From the NCBI GenBank assembly GCA_035301305.1, contig DATGUO010000055.1, forward strand, positions 23,779 to 87,778: a stretch of DNA of 64,000 bases. The letters run 5' to 3'. Source of the DNA: Pseudogracilibacillus sp. GTDB lineage: Bacteria; Bacillota; Bacilli; Bacillales; Amphibacillaceae. Below are positions 44,657-54,348 of the stretch, piece by piece (position 1 is the stretch's first letter; every line of letters begins with the position of its first letter). The translations under genes and the position numbers were made by a program. The notes under the pieces were generated by a model. It did not search any database, was not told the origin of the DNA, and saw nothing but the letters and a program-made list of their open reading frames with translations.

Positions 44657-46351
44657 CTAGGACACCGTTTGTTCCTGATATTTTTCAACTTTTTTTAACG
44701 CTCCTGGTTCAACTGCTTCTAAAGCACGTGCTGCTGTTTCAAGAGCGAGTTCATACTCTGCCTTGCGAAATAAATTTTCAGATTCTGCAAGAGCAACTGC
44801 CAGTTCCTGATAAGAGCTGCGATACCTGTTTGCGTATTGAATAACATGCTCTGTTAAATAAGCTTGATCCAGCATGGCATCTGCTCGTTCATTTGCTTGA
44901 TCCATCGCAGCTTTCGCATCCTCTAATAATTGCTGCACATGCACCATGTCCAAAGGCTGTTCTGCAAGGGCTTCTAATACCAAATCATTCTTATGTTTCG
45001 CTTCATCTGCTAACTCCCAAATATAAGCAGGTACTTGCGGGATATTACTGCTGCGGATTTTACGGTTCATTTTAGCAATACCTTCCTGTAAAGCTTGGAC
45101 CGCATCCCGGGCATCCATCTCCTCTTGCCTTAAATTCTGCAATTTTGCTTTAAAATCTTCATGGTCTTCCTGTAAAGCTTGCTGCTCATGAAACAGCGCC
45201 TCTAAATCCTGCTTTAATTTCGAATAGGCCATCGTATTTGCTGCCGCTTTATCGAGGAATTTTCCTGTATCATGATTCAATTGATCCACCTGGTAAACAA
45301 GGCGGGAAAACTGTTCTTCATCTGCTTCTTCCAAATAATAAGCTTGTTTCAAATCTTCTACTTCTTGCTCTGTTGCCGAAAAATCATCCATAAGTTGTTT
45401 TACTCGCTTTTCACAAACAGCAACTTCTTTTTCAACGTATTTTCTTGCCATGACTTCTGCTTCCAAAAGGTCATATATTTCTGTGATGCGTTCTTCCATT
45501 TCAAAAACGGAATTTCGTACATTTGCCACGCCTTCCCGTTCCAACTCTCGTAGTAAATCGGAAAGTCTGCCTTCGTATTGGGCGATTTCTTCTTCAATCT
45601 GTAAATCACTCAATATATAACCTTGTTCTTGCATCTCGGTTAATCCTTGCGTTAGCTCATGCAGCTGCTGCGGCAGTTCCTTACTGCACTTATGATGCAA
45701 TACAGGGTAATCTTCTGCCTCTTCTTCCAATTGATCTATCTGTTGCCGTAAATGCTGAATAATTTCGGATCCTTGCCCATAATTACCTTCTTTTATTTGT
45801 TCATGATAAGCTGCTGTTTGTTCCTGCAAGTCTTTTATAACTGCGTCAAAACGCTCTTGTGCTTGTTCATACTGATGATGGTGCTTCGCTAAATGACTTT
45901 TCACTTCTTCTATTCGAGGTTCAATGCTTTCAATCTCTGCACGGTTGCTTTCTTCGGTATCAATCAATTGTTGTAATTCTGTTAAAATGACGTCAATTTG
46001 TTCTTCTACATCTGTTAAAATAGTATCCATTTTACTCGTGATTTTCTTAGCGTTGGGAAAATTATACCGATCAGCAGCTTTTTCTGCATCATATAATAAT
46101 TCTTCCACATTTGCCAAATCTTTTGTTAAAATGTTGTCCCAGGATTCCCGCCAATTCTCAAATTGCTCTTTCGTCTCCCCTTCAAGGTTCAAGGCTTTGA
46201 CACGGGCGATTTCTGCTGCAACATCCCGATTCATAATATCTAATTTCCATTGTTCATAATAATCTACTGAATCATATAATCTTTTACGTAAATACAAACC
46301 AATCGCCACAATAATAATGATTGCAATAATGCCGCCAATAAAATATTCCAT
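44657..46351 (-). CDS. ezrA: Septation ring formation regulator EzrA
   Basis: 564 aa with an N-terminal TM helix followed by a long coiled coil. It is in the syntenic position. Confidence 0.93.
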   Translation of the reverse strand: MEYFIGGIIAIIIIVAIGLYLRKRLYDSVDYYEQWKLDIMNRDVAAEIARVKALNLEGETKEQFENWRESWDNILTKDLANVEELLYDAEKAADRYNFPNAKKITSKMDTILTDVEEQIDVILTELQQLIDTEESNRAEIESIEPRIEEVKSHLAKHHHQYEQAQERFDAVIKDLQEQTAAYHEQIKEGNYGQGSEIIQHLRQQIDQLEEEAEDYPVLHHKCSKELPQQLHELTQGLTEMQEQGYILSDLQIEEEIAQYEGRLSDLLRELEREGVANVRNSVFEMEERITEIYDLLEAEVMARKYVEKEVAVCEKRVKQLMDDFSATEQEVEDLKQAYYLEEADEEQFSRLVYQVDQLNHDTGKFLDKAAANTMAYSKLKQDLEALFHEQQALQEDHEDFKAKLQNLRQEEMDARDAVQALQEGIAKMNRKIRSSNIPQVPAYIWELADEAKHKNDLVLEALAEQPLDMVHVQQLLEDAKAAMDQANERADAMLDQAYLTEHVIQYANRYRSSYQELAVALAESENLFRKAEYELALETAARALEAVEPGALKKVEKYQEQTVS

Positions 46352-46491
46352 GTTTTGCCTCCTAATAACCTTTGATAGAAGGGTCTTTTAATCTTATTTT
46401 ATGTAAAGTATCTTCTATATATTATTCTCTTCTTCATCATACCATGATTATAATTGTTTTTGCTAAAAAATTAAAACTTTTTTCGGTTTTT

Positions 46492-47091
46492 TTATTTATT
46501 TACGAAGTGATGCAGCCAATTTTGCATCATGAACGCATAATCTGCAATGAACTTCTCCTTTTCTATGCTGTCCCTCAACTGTTCAATTCGCTCGTGTTTC
46601 ATCGTAAACGGAGAAGCAAGCATCCCCTTCCATTGAATGAAAAGAACATCTTGCAGTCTTTTCCATTCCTTAGAAAGCGAATCAGTGAACAAGTTTTTTA
46701 GAAAATAATTTTCTTTTGCCAGATAAGTGACCTGCATCTCTCGAGCAAAAGTTGAATCAAGAGATAACTCACGATGAACAACGGCGGTTAATTGGTAATG
46801 TTCCATTTGAAAAGACAACACCTCGTGGAGTACCTTTTCTAAGATATGAAGTGATGAAGCTGTTTGATATGTCTCCAGTTGCTTCTCGATAATACCTAAG
46901 TATTCATCATAGTAGGAAGTGACTGCAGACTCTAATAATCCTTGCTTACTTTTAAAGTAATAACTGATTAAAGATACATTTGCATTTGCCCGCTCTGCGA
47001 TATCCCGTACAGACGTCCCATGAAATCCATTATGGTAAAATAAATCAGCAGCAGCTTCCATCACTTTCTCTTTCGCAGTTGGTTTCTCCAT
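46492..47091 (-). CDS. refZ: TetR-family transcriptional regulator, RefZ (YttP)-like by position
   Basis: TetR HTH (FHGTSVRDIAERANANVSLISYYFKSKQGLL). The start is set at ATG 47091 because a terminator lies inside the longer listed ORF. The refZ assignment rests on synteny only. Confidence 0.6.
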   Translation of the reverse strand: MEKPTAKEKVMEAAADLFYHNGFHGTSVRDIAERANANVSLISYYFKSKQGLLESAVTSYYDEYLGIIEKQLETYQTASSLHILEKVLHEVLSFQMEHYQLTAVVHRELSLDSTFAREMQVTYLAKENYFLKNLFTDSLSKEWKRLQDVLFIQWKGMLASPFTMKHERIEQLRDSIEKEKFIADYAFMMQNWLHHFVNK

Positions 47092-47157
47092 GATTATTGC
47101 CCCCTCTTTCCCCAGTATACGGTAAAATGAGTGAGAATGCTTTTTAAATGAACAATT

Positions 47158-47188
47158 AAAAAACGTGCAGGTCTTTTTAGACATGCAC
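47158..47188 (-). terminator. Terminator closing the glycan island
   Basis: On the minus strand: gtgcatgtct aaaa agacctgcac (9 of 10 bp) followed by T6. Confidence 0.8.
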
Positions 47189-47312
47189 AGTGGCTTTTAC
47201 TGAAATCCAATCCATGATGACGTATTCTTAAAACATTGAAATAATTATTATATCGGACCTTACAAACGGATGGATAAACCAATTTTATGTTTCAGCCCAT
47301 TTCTATTACATT

Positions 47313-48278
47313 TTATGCCATATAACGTTTTCCTATAAAGATAGCCATCTTTCTAAAAACTGTTGGGGAAATAAGACATATAAACGATGATAAAGCTACC
47401 TTTTTATTTTTAAAAGTAAGCAAATCATACATGCTTTTTTTCACGTTATTTCTCTTAATAAAGTTACGGAATTCTTTATTAGTGATTTGAGTAGCCCATT
47501 GCCAGGTAATCGACCAGAGAATTTTATTGGCAGCGTATTTTTTAAATGTGTCAAAAAATACAGGGTGTCTTTTTTGCATTAGATCTTCCAATTCTTTGGT
47601 TAAAAAGTAAGCATGAAATCTATCGGAATTAAATGCACTCATCGCAGAACCTGCTTGCAAATGATAAATATATAATGGCTTATCTATATACGCTACATTA
47701 GTCGAGCAGGCAATCATTCTCCAGAGCATGTGCACGTCTTCTCCGTATTTATATCCATCAGCAAATTGTAAATTGTTTTTCAATAAGAATTCTCTTTTTA
47801 CCATTGTTGCGCAACACGTCGTATCCAATATTCCATATAAATATTTTTCCAAAGCCATAGCTGCGGGCATAATATAACAGTTGCCTGTGTGCTGCTCTGG
47901 CCTTATTTTTCCTTCTCTGTTTAGCTGATCTCTAGCAATAACTAAATCTGTATTCCCACGTGTTAACAAAAAATACATATCTTCTAAATAAGTTTTATTT
48001 ACTGTATCATCCACATCACAAAAACAAATATAATCTCCTTCTGCTTTGCGCAGTCCTGCATTTCTCGCGGCGCTTACTCCACTATTTGTTTGATTGATAT
48101 ACTTTATTCTAAAGTTCTCATTTATAGACAATTGCTTTATTTTATTTAAACTTCCATCCGTTGAACCATCATTGATAAAAATAAGTTCAAAATTTGTATA
48201 TGTCTGATTTGTAAAAGATTCGTAGATTTGCTCCACATAGTTTTCACCGTTGTAAACAGGAATAATAACACTAATCAA
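47313..48278 (-). CDS. Family 2 glycosyltransferase
   Basis: ISVIIPVYNGENY...INDGSTDGS...DVDD is a GT2 signature. It has a TTG start 9 nt after AAGGAG. Confidence 0.85.
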   Translation of the reverse strand: MISVIIPVYNGENYVEQIYESFTNQTYTNFELIFINDGSTDGSLNKIKQLSINENFRIKYINQTNSGVSAARNAGLRKAEGDYICFCDVDDTVNKTYLEDMYFLLTRGNTDLVIARDQLNREGKIRPEQHTGNCYIMPAAMALEKYLYGILDTTCCATMVKREFLLKNNLQFADGYKYGEDVHMLWRMIACSTNVAYIDKPLYIYHLQAGSAMSAFNSDRFHAYFLTKELEDLMQKRHPVFFDTFKKYAANKILWSITWQWATQITNKEFRNFIKRNNVKKSMYDLLTFKNKKVALSSFICLISPTVFRKMAIFIGKRYMA

Positions 48279-48526
48279 TTTCTAGCACTCCTTTATATAA
48301 AATATATTTTTTAATGAAAACAAAACACATATCTATCCTTCCACATAGTGCATATAGTTCAAGTGTTCGAATAAAACTCATCTTATATATAGAGAGTTTT
48401 TAAGTATGGTGATGAAATCAATTAATCAAATATGCATTTAATAGGAAAACGTTTAGAGCTCTGAAGACTTGGGACGCTCAAATAAAACTCTTATGTTTGG
48501 AGTTTGACTGATTTATTAAATAATTA

Positions 48527-49630
48527 TTATTTTATGTTATAAGGGATTATTTCTGAAAATCCTAATGTGTAATAAACCAAAATAAAATAAAAAATACTAT
48601 ACATACAAACTAGCAAACTCCCTATATACTTACTTAAGCTTGTTTCTAGACTAGCCACCAGAGAAGGGATAAGAAAAATTAAAGCAATATCAAAATAACT
48701 GGCCATTCTTGAAACAATTGGATTCCAAATGCTTGAAAGGCTCAAGAGAAACCCAACTATTAGAAAATAAATATAAAGTTTATTTCGGCCATCAAAAATA
48801 ATTAAACTTCTTCTCATAAATAACATAATTAAAAGAATAAAAAAATTTAAGATAATCTCTCTATTATTCCCTGTGCCACTTTCATTAGAGTACTCACTAA
48901 ATCTTTCAACACCACTTAATTTAGCTGTTAAATCTAAAAAATAACCATAACTAGCAATAAATATCACGATAGAAATTAGAAATAATACTCTTAGAACTAT
49001 TTTATATTTATCTTTTCTATCAATCTCCTGCCCCGAATAATGAAACAGAAAATAAAATGGTATTACAATGATTGCTGTTATATGAAAAGTACTAGCTAAA
49101 AAAACATAAATTATAAATTTAATCAACTTTTTCTCAAAAATATATTTTAATGAAAAAACAATAATTGCAATTGCTAATTGCTGTCGGACAGCGTTTAACG
49201 AATCTGGAAATACAGTGAAAATATACAGTATATACCCTAGAGTTATTGATAATTTTCCAATATACTGTTTTAAAGCAAAATAAAGAAACAAGAGAGTAAG
49301 AAACGATGACAAAAAGAACAAAAATTGAACATCGCCTACCCAATGAGATAGCTTCTCTAGTGTGAAAAAGCCAACTTCGTAATTATTCGTATTTAAAAAT
49401 TCTATATATGTTAATTGATTTACTTTATTATAGATAATGACATAAGTTTCGTAATCTGTTCCAACCTTGTATCGTAAACCAACAAAAATGGAAGGGATTA
49501 ACAAACTTATAACAATATAAAATCTGTAATAAACAATATTTATTTTCCAGAAATATTGTGAAAATAATAAAGTCAATACAGATGCTGAGAAGACACCGAT
49601 GTACAGAACTACACTATTGAAATCATCCAT
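48527..49630 (-). CDS. EpsG-family / Wzy-type polysaccharide polymerase (polytopic membrane protein)
   Basis: 367 aa with about 10 TM segments. It has the GLRYKVGTDYETY motif typical of the EpsG family. Confidence 0.7.
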   Translation of the reverse strand: MDDFNSVVLYIGVFSASVLTLLFSQYFWKINIVYYRFYIVISLLIPSIFVGLRYKVGTDYETYVIIYNKVNQLTYIEFLNTNNYEVGFFTLEKLSHWVGDVQFLFFLSSFLTLLFLYFALKQYIGKLSITLGYILYIFTVFPDSLNAVRQQLAIAIIVFSLKYIFEKKLIKFIIYVFLASTFHITAIIVIPFYFLFHYSGQEIDRKDKYKIVLRVLFLISIVIFIASYGYFLDLTAKLSGVERFSEYSNESGTGNNREIILNFFILLIMLFMRRSLIIFDGRNKLYIYFLIVGFLLSLSSIWNPIVSRMASYFDIALIFLIPSLVASLETSLSKYIGSLLVCMYSIFYFILVYYTLGFSEIIPYNIK

Positions 49631-49832
49631 CCAATCACTGCTTTCTATGATAATCGAATAACAGAAATGTAAGATATTCCCAAGATATAATTTAAAAATA
49701 ATTTTGTTTCTTTAATATTCCGTTTTTCATTATACTGTTTTATTTATTCGATTAGTTATTATTAGTCATTTTAAAATTCTTTTCGATAAACTAACAATAA
49801 GATATACATGTATAGTGTAGATTTAATATCAG

Positions 49833-51146
49833 TTATGCTTCTTTCATTTTTTCCTTCTTAAGATTTTTACGCTTTAAAGCTTTCCAGGCCAGCAAAACAA
49901 TAAAAATACTTCCAAGTCCCTGCGATACGCTTAAAAGTAATACAATGCTCAACGCACTTTCTAAAAATAGATACGCAACCATTATCCCTAGTATCAAAAC
50001 TGCAAACTTAATTATCTCTGATAAAGCCAACAAATATTGTTCTTCCAATAATATGAATGTTGCGCTAATTGGACCTGCAACTAATTGAAATAGAAAAAAA
50101 ATACTGAGACATTGCAGAAATAAACTTGCTTCTCCCCAGGCATCCCCAAAAACAACTGGAAAAATGAAAGGCGCTGTAATGTCAATTATGATATATATAA
50201 ACATAGACAGCATCCCCATCTTTTTTACTGTATTCCAAAACAGATTTACAAAATCGTCAAAATTTATGTTCAACATCTTAGCAGATTTCCCTATATACAC
50301 CTGCTTTACAGAGTGACCTATTAATGCATCAGGTAAAGCCAGGATTCTTTGAGCCAGAAAATACCAACCAGCTTCTTTTACCCCCAAATAGGAAGCTATG
50401 AATAGAGTTGGCAGATGTTGGGATAATCCATTAATTAAAGAAGACCAGCTTGCAATGAGGGGGAACCGGATATATCTATGAGCAACGCGCCATAATGATT
50501 GTAATGAAAAATCAGAATGTTTACCTTTTAGATTCTTCCACGAGATGTAAGCCATCCCTCCTCCACCAATTAAACGACCAAGTACTTCTCCAGCCATTAA
50601 ACTGCTGGCTGATGGGATAAACCATCCTAATCCTCCTTGGGAAAATACTTGAGATAAATTCATCCGAACCTTTCCCACTGTTATTTGTAGATAGTCCTCT
50701 TGACGTATCATCCACATTTCAAATAAATGAAACAAACCAAAACCGAATAGACTAAACGGGATGAATAACATAATCTCTTCCAGACCTTTAGTTTGAAAAC
50801 TTTGCAATATGGGATTTTTAAACCACTTCAATAATAAAGTAACAAGTATTGTATTTGCAACAAGTAATACAAACGATAAAATAAGCAAATAAGTAGCGTT
50901 TGTTTCTTTAAGAGGCAAAGGGATTGCTTCTTCATAATGTAAAGATGCAATAATGGATAGCGTTAATACAATAGACATATACACAGATAATACTCCAAAA
51001 TCTTCTGGAGTATATAATCTTGTTAAAAGAGGGGTTAATAATACAACTGTAAATTGAGAGATAGAAGAACCTGAAGCAAGGATAACTACGCTTTTAACAA
51101 ACTCATTTTTCATAAATTTTTGAATTAAATGTCTTATAGGTTTCAA
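49833..51146 (-). CDS. Wzx-type oligosaccharide flippase (MOP superfamily)
   Basis: 437 aa with about 12 TM segments and a polysaccharide-biosynthesis-protein-like N-terminus. The start codon is uncertain (TTG 51146 or ATG 51113). Confidence 0.75.
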   Translation of the reverse strand: MKPIRHLIQKFMKNEFVKSVVILASGSSISQFTVVLLTPLLTRLYTPEDFGVLSVYMSIVLTLSIIASLHYEEAIPLPLKETNATYLLILSFVLLVANTILVTLLLKWFKNPILQSFQTKGLEEIMLFIPFSLFGFGLFHLFEMWMIRQEDYLQITVGKVRMNLSQVFSQGGLGWFIPSASSLMAGEVLGRLIGGGGMAYISWKNLKGKHSDFSLQSLWRVAHRYIRFPLIASWSSLINGLSQHLPTLFIASYLGVKEAGWYFLAQRILALPDALIGHSVKQVYIGKSAKMLNINFDDFVNLFWNTVKKMGMLSMFIYIIIDITAPFIFPVVFGDAWGEASLFLQCLSIFFLFQLVAGPISATFILLEEQYLLALSEIIKFAVLILGIMVAYLFLESALSIVLLLSVSQGLGSIFIVLLAWKALKRKNLKKEKMKEA

Positions 51147-51338
51147 TATAGATTCCAGCTTTCTGCTAGTATTTATTATAAATGAGAGTCAATGCAAGCT
51201 GTTAATTCAAACCTGTTCAATAAAGGCTTTACGTTAAACTTGTATGCTCATACTCTTCTCTTTTTAATAAGTCCCAACTTGAAGCATAGCTACTATAATG
51301 GAAGATTGGACAATTAACTTAAAAAAATTTTCTGAAGC

Positions 51339-52043
51339 TCATTTATTTAAAGATGTGCCATTATTTAATTCCACCCAATTATTTCGAATTGCTTTCACCA
51401 CGGCTTGAGTTCTATCTTTTACCTGCATTTTTTTAAAGAGACTGCTCACATGATTCTTAACTGTCTTATCGCTTATTTCTAATGTGTCTGCAATTTGCTG
51501 ATTATTTTGCCCATCTGTTAATAATTGCAGCACTTCACACTCCCTTTTAGTGTATAAATGAAGCGGCCGCTGTACTTCTGTCTTTTTCTCTCCTTCCTCC
51601 CACTTTTTCAATACTTTTTGATACTCGTGCACTAATACGTTCGTTGCTACTGGATGAAAATACACCCCACCTTTTGCTACTTCTTTAATCGCTTCGATAA
51701 AAGTAAACATATCCATTTCTTTCATTAAATAACCTTGTACACTTGCTTTTACGGCATCTTTGATGTGAATAGATCTTTCATCTGAATTTAAAATAATTAC
51801 TTTTAATTGGTGTTGTTTCATCAACATTTTTATGGATGATTGATTTTTTAAAAAGAGGTTTACATCAATTAAAAGCACATTAATATTTTTAGAATCAAAT
51901 ACATACTCTAAAACAGAATAATCATCTGAACTAATAGCTGTATAAAAAGCTTTATCGTTTTCTAAAACTTGTTTAACACCTTCCCGAAATAATTGGTAAG
52001 GGTCAATAATAGCAATATTTATAATAGATTGTTGATAGTCCAT
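51339..52043 (-). CDS. NarL/LuxR-family response-regulator-like protein (orphan, atypical receiver)
   Basis: Receiver-like N-terminus plus a C-terminal LuxR HTH ([11 protein letters not shown]...[23 protein letters not shown]). The RBS is strong. Confidence 0.8.
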   Translation of the reverse strand: MDYQQSIINIAIIDPYQLFREGVKQVLENDKAFYTAISSDDYSVLEYVFDSKNINVLLIDVNLFLKNQSSIKMLMKQHQLKVIILNSDERSIHIKDAVKASVQGYLMKEMDMFTFIEAIKEVAKGGVYFHPVATNVLVHEYQKVLKKWEEGEKKTEVQRPLHLYTKRECEVLQLLTDGQNNQQIADTLEISDKTVKNHVSSLFKKMQVKDRTQAVVKAIRNNWVELNNGTSLNK

Positions 52044-52153
52044 TTGTTCACCTCCCTCCCCCTCTTTTTACATCTGCCATTTTGTATAATTAAAATATCC
52101 ATTTCATCATTTTGCTGATACACCAAATCCCCTCCTTGTGGTTAAAACCACAC

Positions 52154-53095
52154 TTATGAAATAATATGCTGCTGTGTTCGTTTTCTGGAATATATATAGT
52201 TATAAGTTTCTAACAATCCCTGTTCTAACCTTTTATTAGGAGACCAGCCCAACTTTTCACGTGCCAGCTGATTATCTAAAGAACTATGAAGGATATCTCC
52301 CTCTTTAGCTGGTAAATGTTGAATTGGTCTAATCTCGCCTGTTATATTCGATAAGGTGTCGGCGAGCGAACGAATAGAGATTCTTTTATTTGTACTCAAA
52401 TTAATAATATTAGATTCTCTAGCAAGAAGTGCTTTTATACACGCACGAGCTATATCTTTTACATAGATAAAGTCTCGCGTTTGCAATCCATCACCATATA
52501 TATTTAAAGGTTTCCCAGCTAGTAGCTTATTTAAAAAGATAACAATCACTCCTGCTTCGCCATTTATATTCTGGCGTGGGCCGTAGACATTAGCATAGCG
52601 GAAAATGCTATATTTCATATCTCCTAAAGAACTGAACAATCTAATATATTCTTCGGCAAAAGCTTTGGACATTCCATAAAAAGAGGTTGGTTGGAGCACT
52701 TGATTCTCAGAGATAGGCAAAAATTCGGGCTTCCCGTAAACTGCAGCGCTGGATGCAAAAATAAATCTTTTCACCTGATATTTCATCGCACATTGCACCA
52801 CATGGATTGTGCCTAGTATATTCATCCGAGCATCTTCTTCTGGAGCAGACATGGACCTGGCTACGGATATTTGTGCTGCTTGATGAAAAACAAAATCTGG
52901 TCGTTCCTGAGCAAATACATTTTCTAACTCTTGATCGAACATATCTATTTCGTACAGTTTCACAGCAGAGGAAATATGTTCCCGATTACTGTTGGACAGA
53001 TTATCAATAACGACAACTTCTAAACCCTCTTGTAATAAAGCATCTACAATATGCGAACCTATAAATCCAGCTCCTCCCGTTACAAGCGCTTTCAT
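52154..53095 (-). CDS. NAD-dependent sugar epimerase (UDP-glucose 4-epimerase family)
   Basis: GGAGFIGSH Rossmann motif and a YxxxK (YGMSK) motif. It has an ATGA overlap with the upstream GT4 gene. Confidence 0.85.
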   Translation of the reverse strand: MKALVTGGAGFIGSHIVDALLQEGLEVVVIDNLSNSNREHISSAVKLYEIDMFDQELENVFAQERPDFVFHQAAQISVARSMSAPEEDARMNILGTIHVVQCAMKYQVKRFIFASSAAVYGKPEFLPISENQVLQPTSFYGMSKAFAEEYIRLFSSLGDMKYSIFRYANVYGPRQNINGEAGVIVIFLNKLLAGKPLNIYGDGLQTRDFIYVKDIARACIKALLARESNIINLSTNKRISIRSLADTLSNITGEIRPIQHLPAKEGDILHSSLDNQLAREKLGWSPNKRLEQGLLETYNYIYSRKRTQQHIIS

Positions 53096-54228
53096 AATTG
53101 TACCTCCTTTTGTTCTCTTGTTTCATTGCCTTGACTTACAGTCTGGTAAAACATTTCTGTTTGATCATACATTTTTTCAAAAGAAAATTCGTTGATAAAC
53201 CGAGTTCTGGCCGAAGCTCCGTATTTTTTTCGTAGTTCTTCACTGGAAATCAATGAAAGAAGTGCTTTTTTTAAAAAGTCTCCATCACCCTTTTTAACCA
53301 GGAAACCCTGTCTTCCATGTTGAAGAAGTTCATTGACTCCTCCGACATCAGAAGCAATGATCGGAATTCCTTCTCGCATTGCTTCTATAATGCTAAGAGG
53401 CAAACCTTCTGATTTACTTACTAATACAAAAATATCTGCTTGACTCATGTGCCCAATAACATTTCTGTCTTCGCCTGCAAATATCACTTTACCCTGGATA
53501 CCGAATTCGCTAGCCAGTTGTTGATAATATGCGAATAAAGGCCCCCCTCCAACCAGCGTCAACTGCCAGTTGACAGAACGCAATTGACTAAGCGCCTGAA
53601 ATAACAGCCGATGATCTTTCGGCTCTGCAAAACGTGCTACCATTAATAATCTAACAAGCGAATTGTTTTCACTACGCTTATGAAAACAGCGCTCATCATC
53701 AGGAATTCCATTATGAATCCTTTTGATTTTGTCTGCAGCTATAACATTATGCCGCAACGCTTGGATATAATCGAACGTCGATACAGTTATCACACCATTC
53801 GTTATTTTTCCAACTAGCTTTTCCAATGTAAGAAACAGTGCTTTTTTAATTTTCGAAGGTTCTCCAGCAAACGCCCAGCTATGCGCCGTAAAAATAACTG
53901 GTATATTTAAACTTTTTGCTGCAAGTCTTCCCAGTATGCCAGCCTTGGAAGAGTGAATCGCAATTAAATCCGGATTGATTGTTTTCAATTTTTTCCGAAT
54001 CTCAAAAAAAGCTCGAAAATCTTGATACGGCTTCATCGACACTCCCATCCATTTCAGTTTCTGAATGTTAACCCCGCCCGCTCTCAGCTCCTTTGTCAAC
54101 ACACACTCTCCAGAGGCTAATAAAACGACTTCATGACCATCCGCAGTTAAGCGTTTCGAAAGATCATAAATATGCATTTGCGCTCCGCCAAGTTCATGCA
54201 TATGCGTAATAAGCTGGGCAATCTTCAC
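53092..54228 (-). CDS. Family 4 (group 1) glycosyltransferase
   Basis: 378 aa with the C-terminal GT4 signature SKSEGLPLSIIEAMREGIPIIASDVGG. It has a GTG start after GGGGAGGG. Confidence 0.85.
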   Translation of the reverse strand: MKIAQLITHMHELGGAQMHIYDLSKRLTADGHEVVLLASGECVLTKELRAGGVNIQKLKWMGVSMKPYQDFRAFFEIRKKLKTINPDLIAIHSSKAGILGRLAAKSLNIPVIFTAHSWAFAGEPSKIKKALFLTLEKLVGKITNGVITVSTFDYIQALRHNVIAADKIKRIHNGIPDDERCFHKRSENNSLVRLLMVARFAEPKDHRLLFQALSQLRSVNWQLTLVGGGPLFAYYQQLASEFGIQGKVIFAGEDRNVIGHMSQADIFVLVSKSEGLPLSIIEAMREGIPIIASDVGGVNELLQHGRQGFLVKKGDGDFLKKALLSLISSEELRKKYGASARTRFINEFSFEKMYDQTEMFYQTVSQGNETREQKEVQL

Positions 54229-54348
54229 AAAGATCCCTCCCCTTTTGCTCGTTCATTCTCCACTTCATTTAGCAAGCAGTTCTGCTAACGGCGTCATTTG
54301 ATCAATCTGATGATCATTCTCTTCTCACGTAGATAAAATATTCTACTC

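Noticed and set aside
46372-46701. 109-aa plus-strand ORF across the ezrA-refZ spacer.
   Set aside because: It overlaps the 3' end of the TetR gene antisense. The sequence is hydrophobic and low-complexity, with no RBS.
47092-47184. Upstream starts given by the ORF track for several genes: refZ-like (47184), nrdR (10196), gapB (11536), coaE (12355), icd (19467), moaB (39290), BY-kinase (55797), FemAB-like 2 (58209) and the ligase-like gene (60518).
   Set aside because: In each case an internal start has a proper RBS and gives the canonical family N-terminus. For the refZ-like gene, the extension also contains the island terminator (47158-47188).
54229-54348. Possible EAR-like (eps-associated RNA) antitermination element. 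The 120-nt gap follows the kinase gene, as in B. subtilis epsB-epsC.
   Set aside because: I see only one imperfect hairpin (ttagcag/cttgctaa). I cannot recall or verify the EAR consensus from memory, so the position alone is not evidence.
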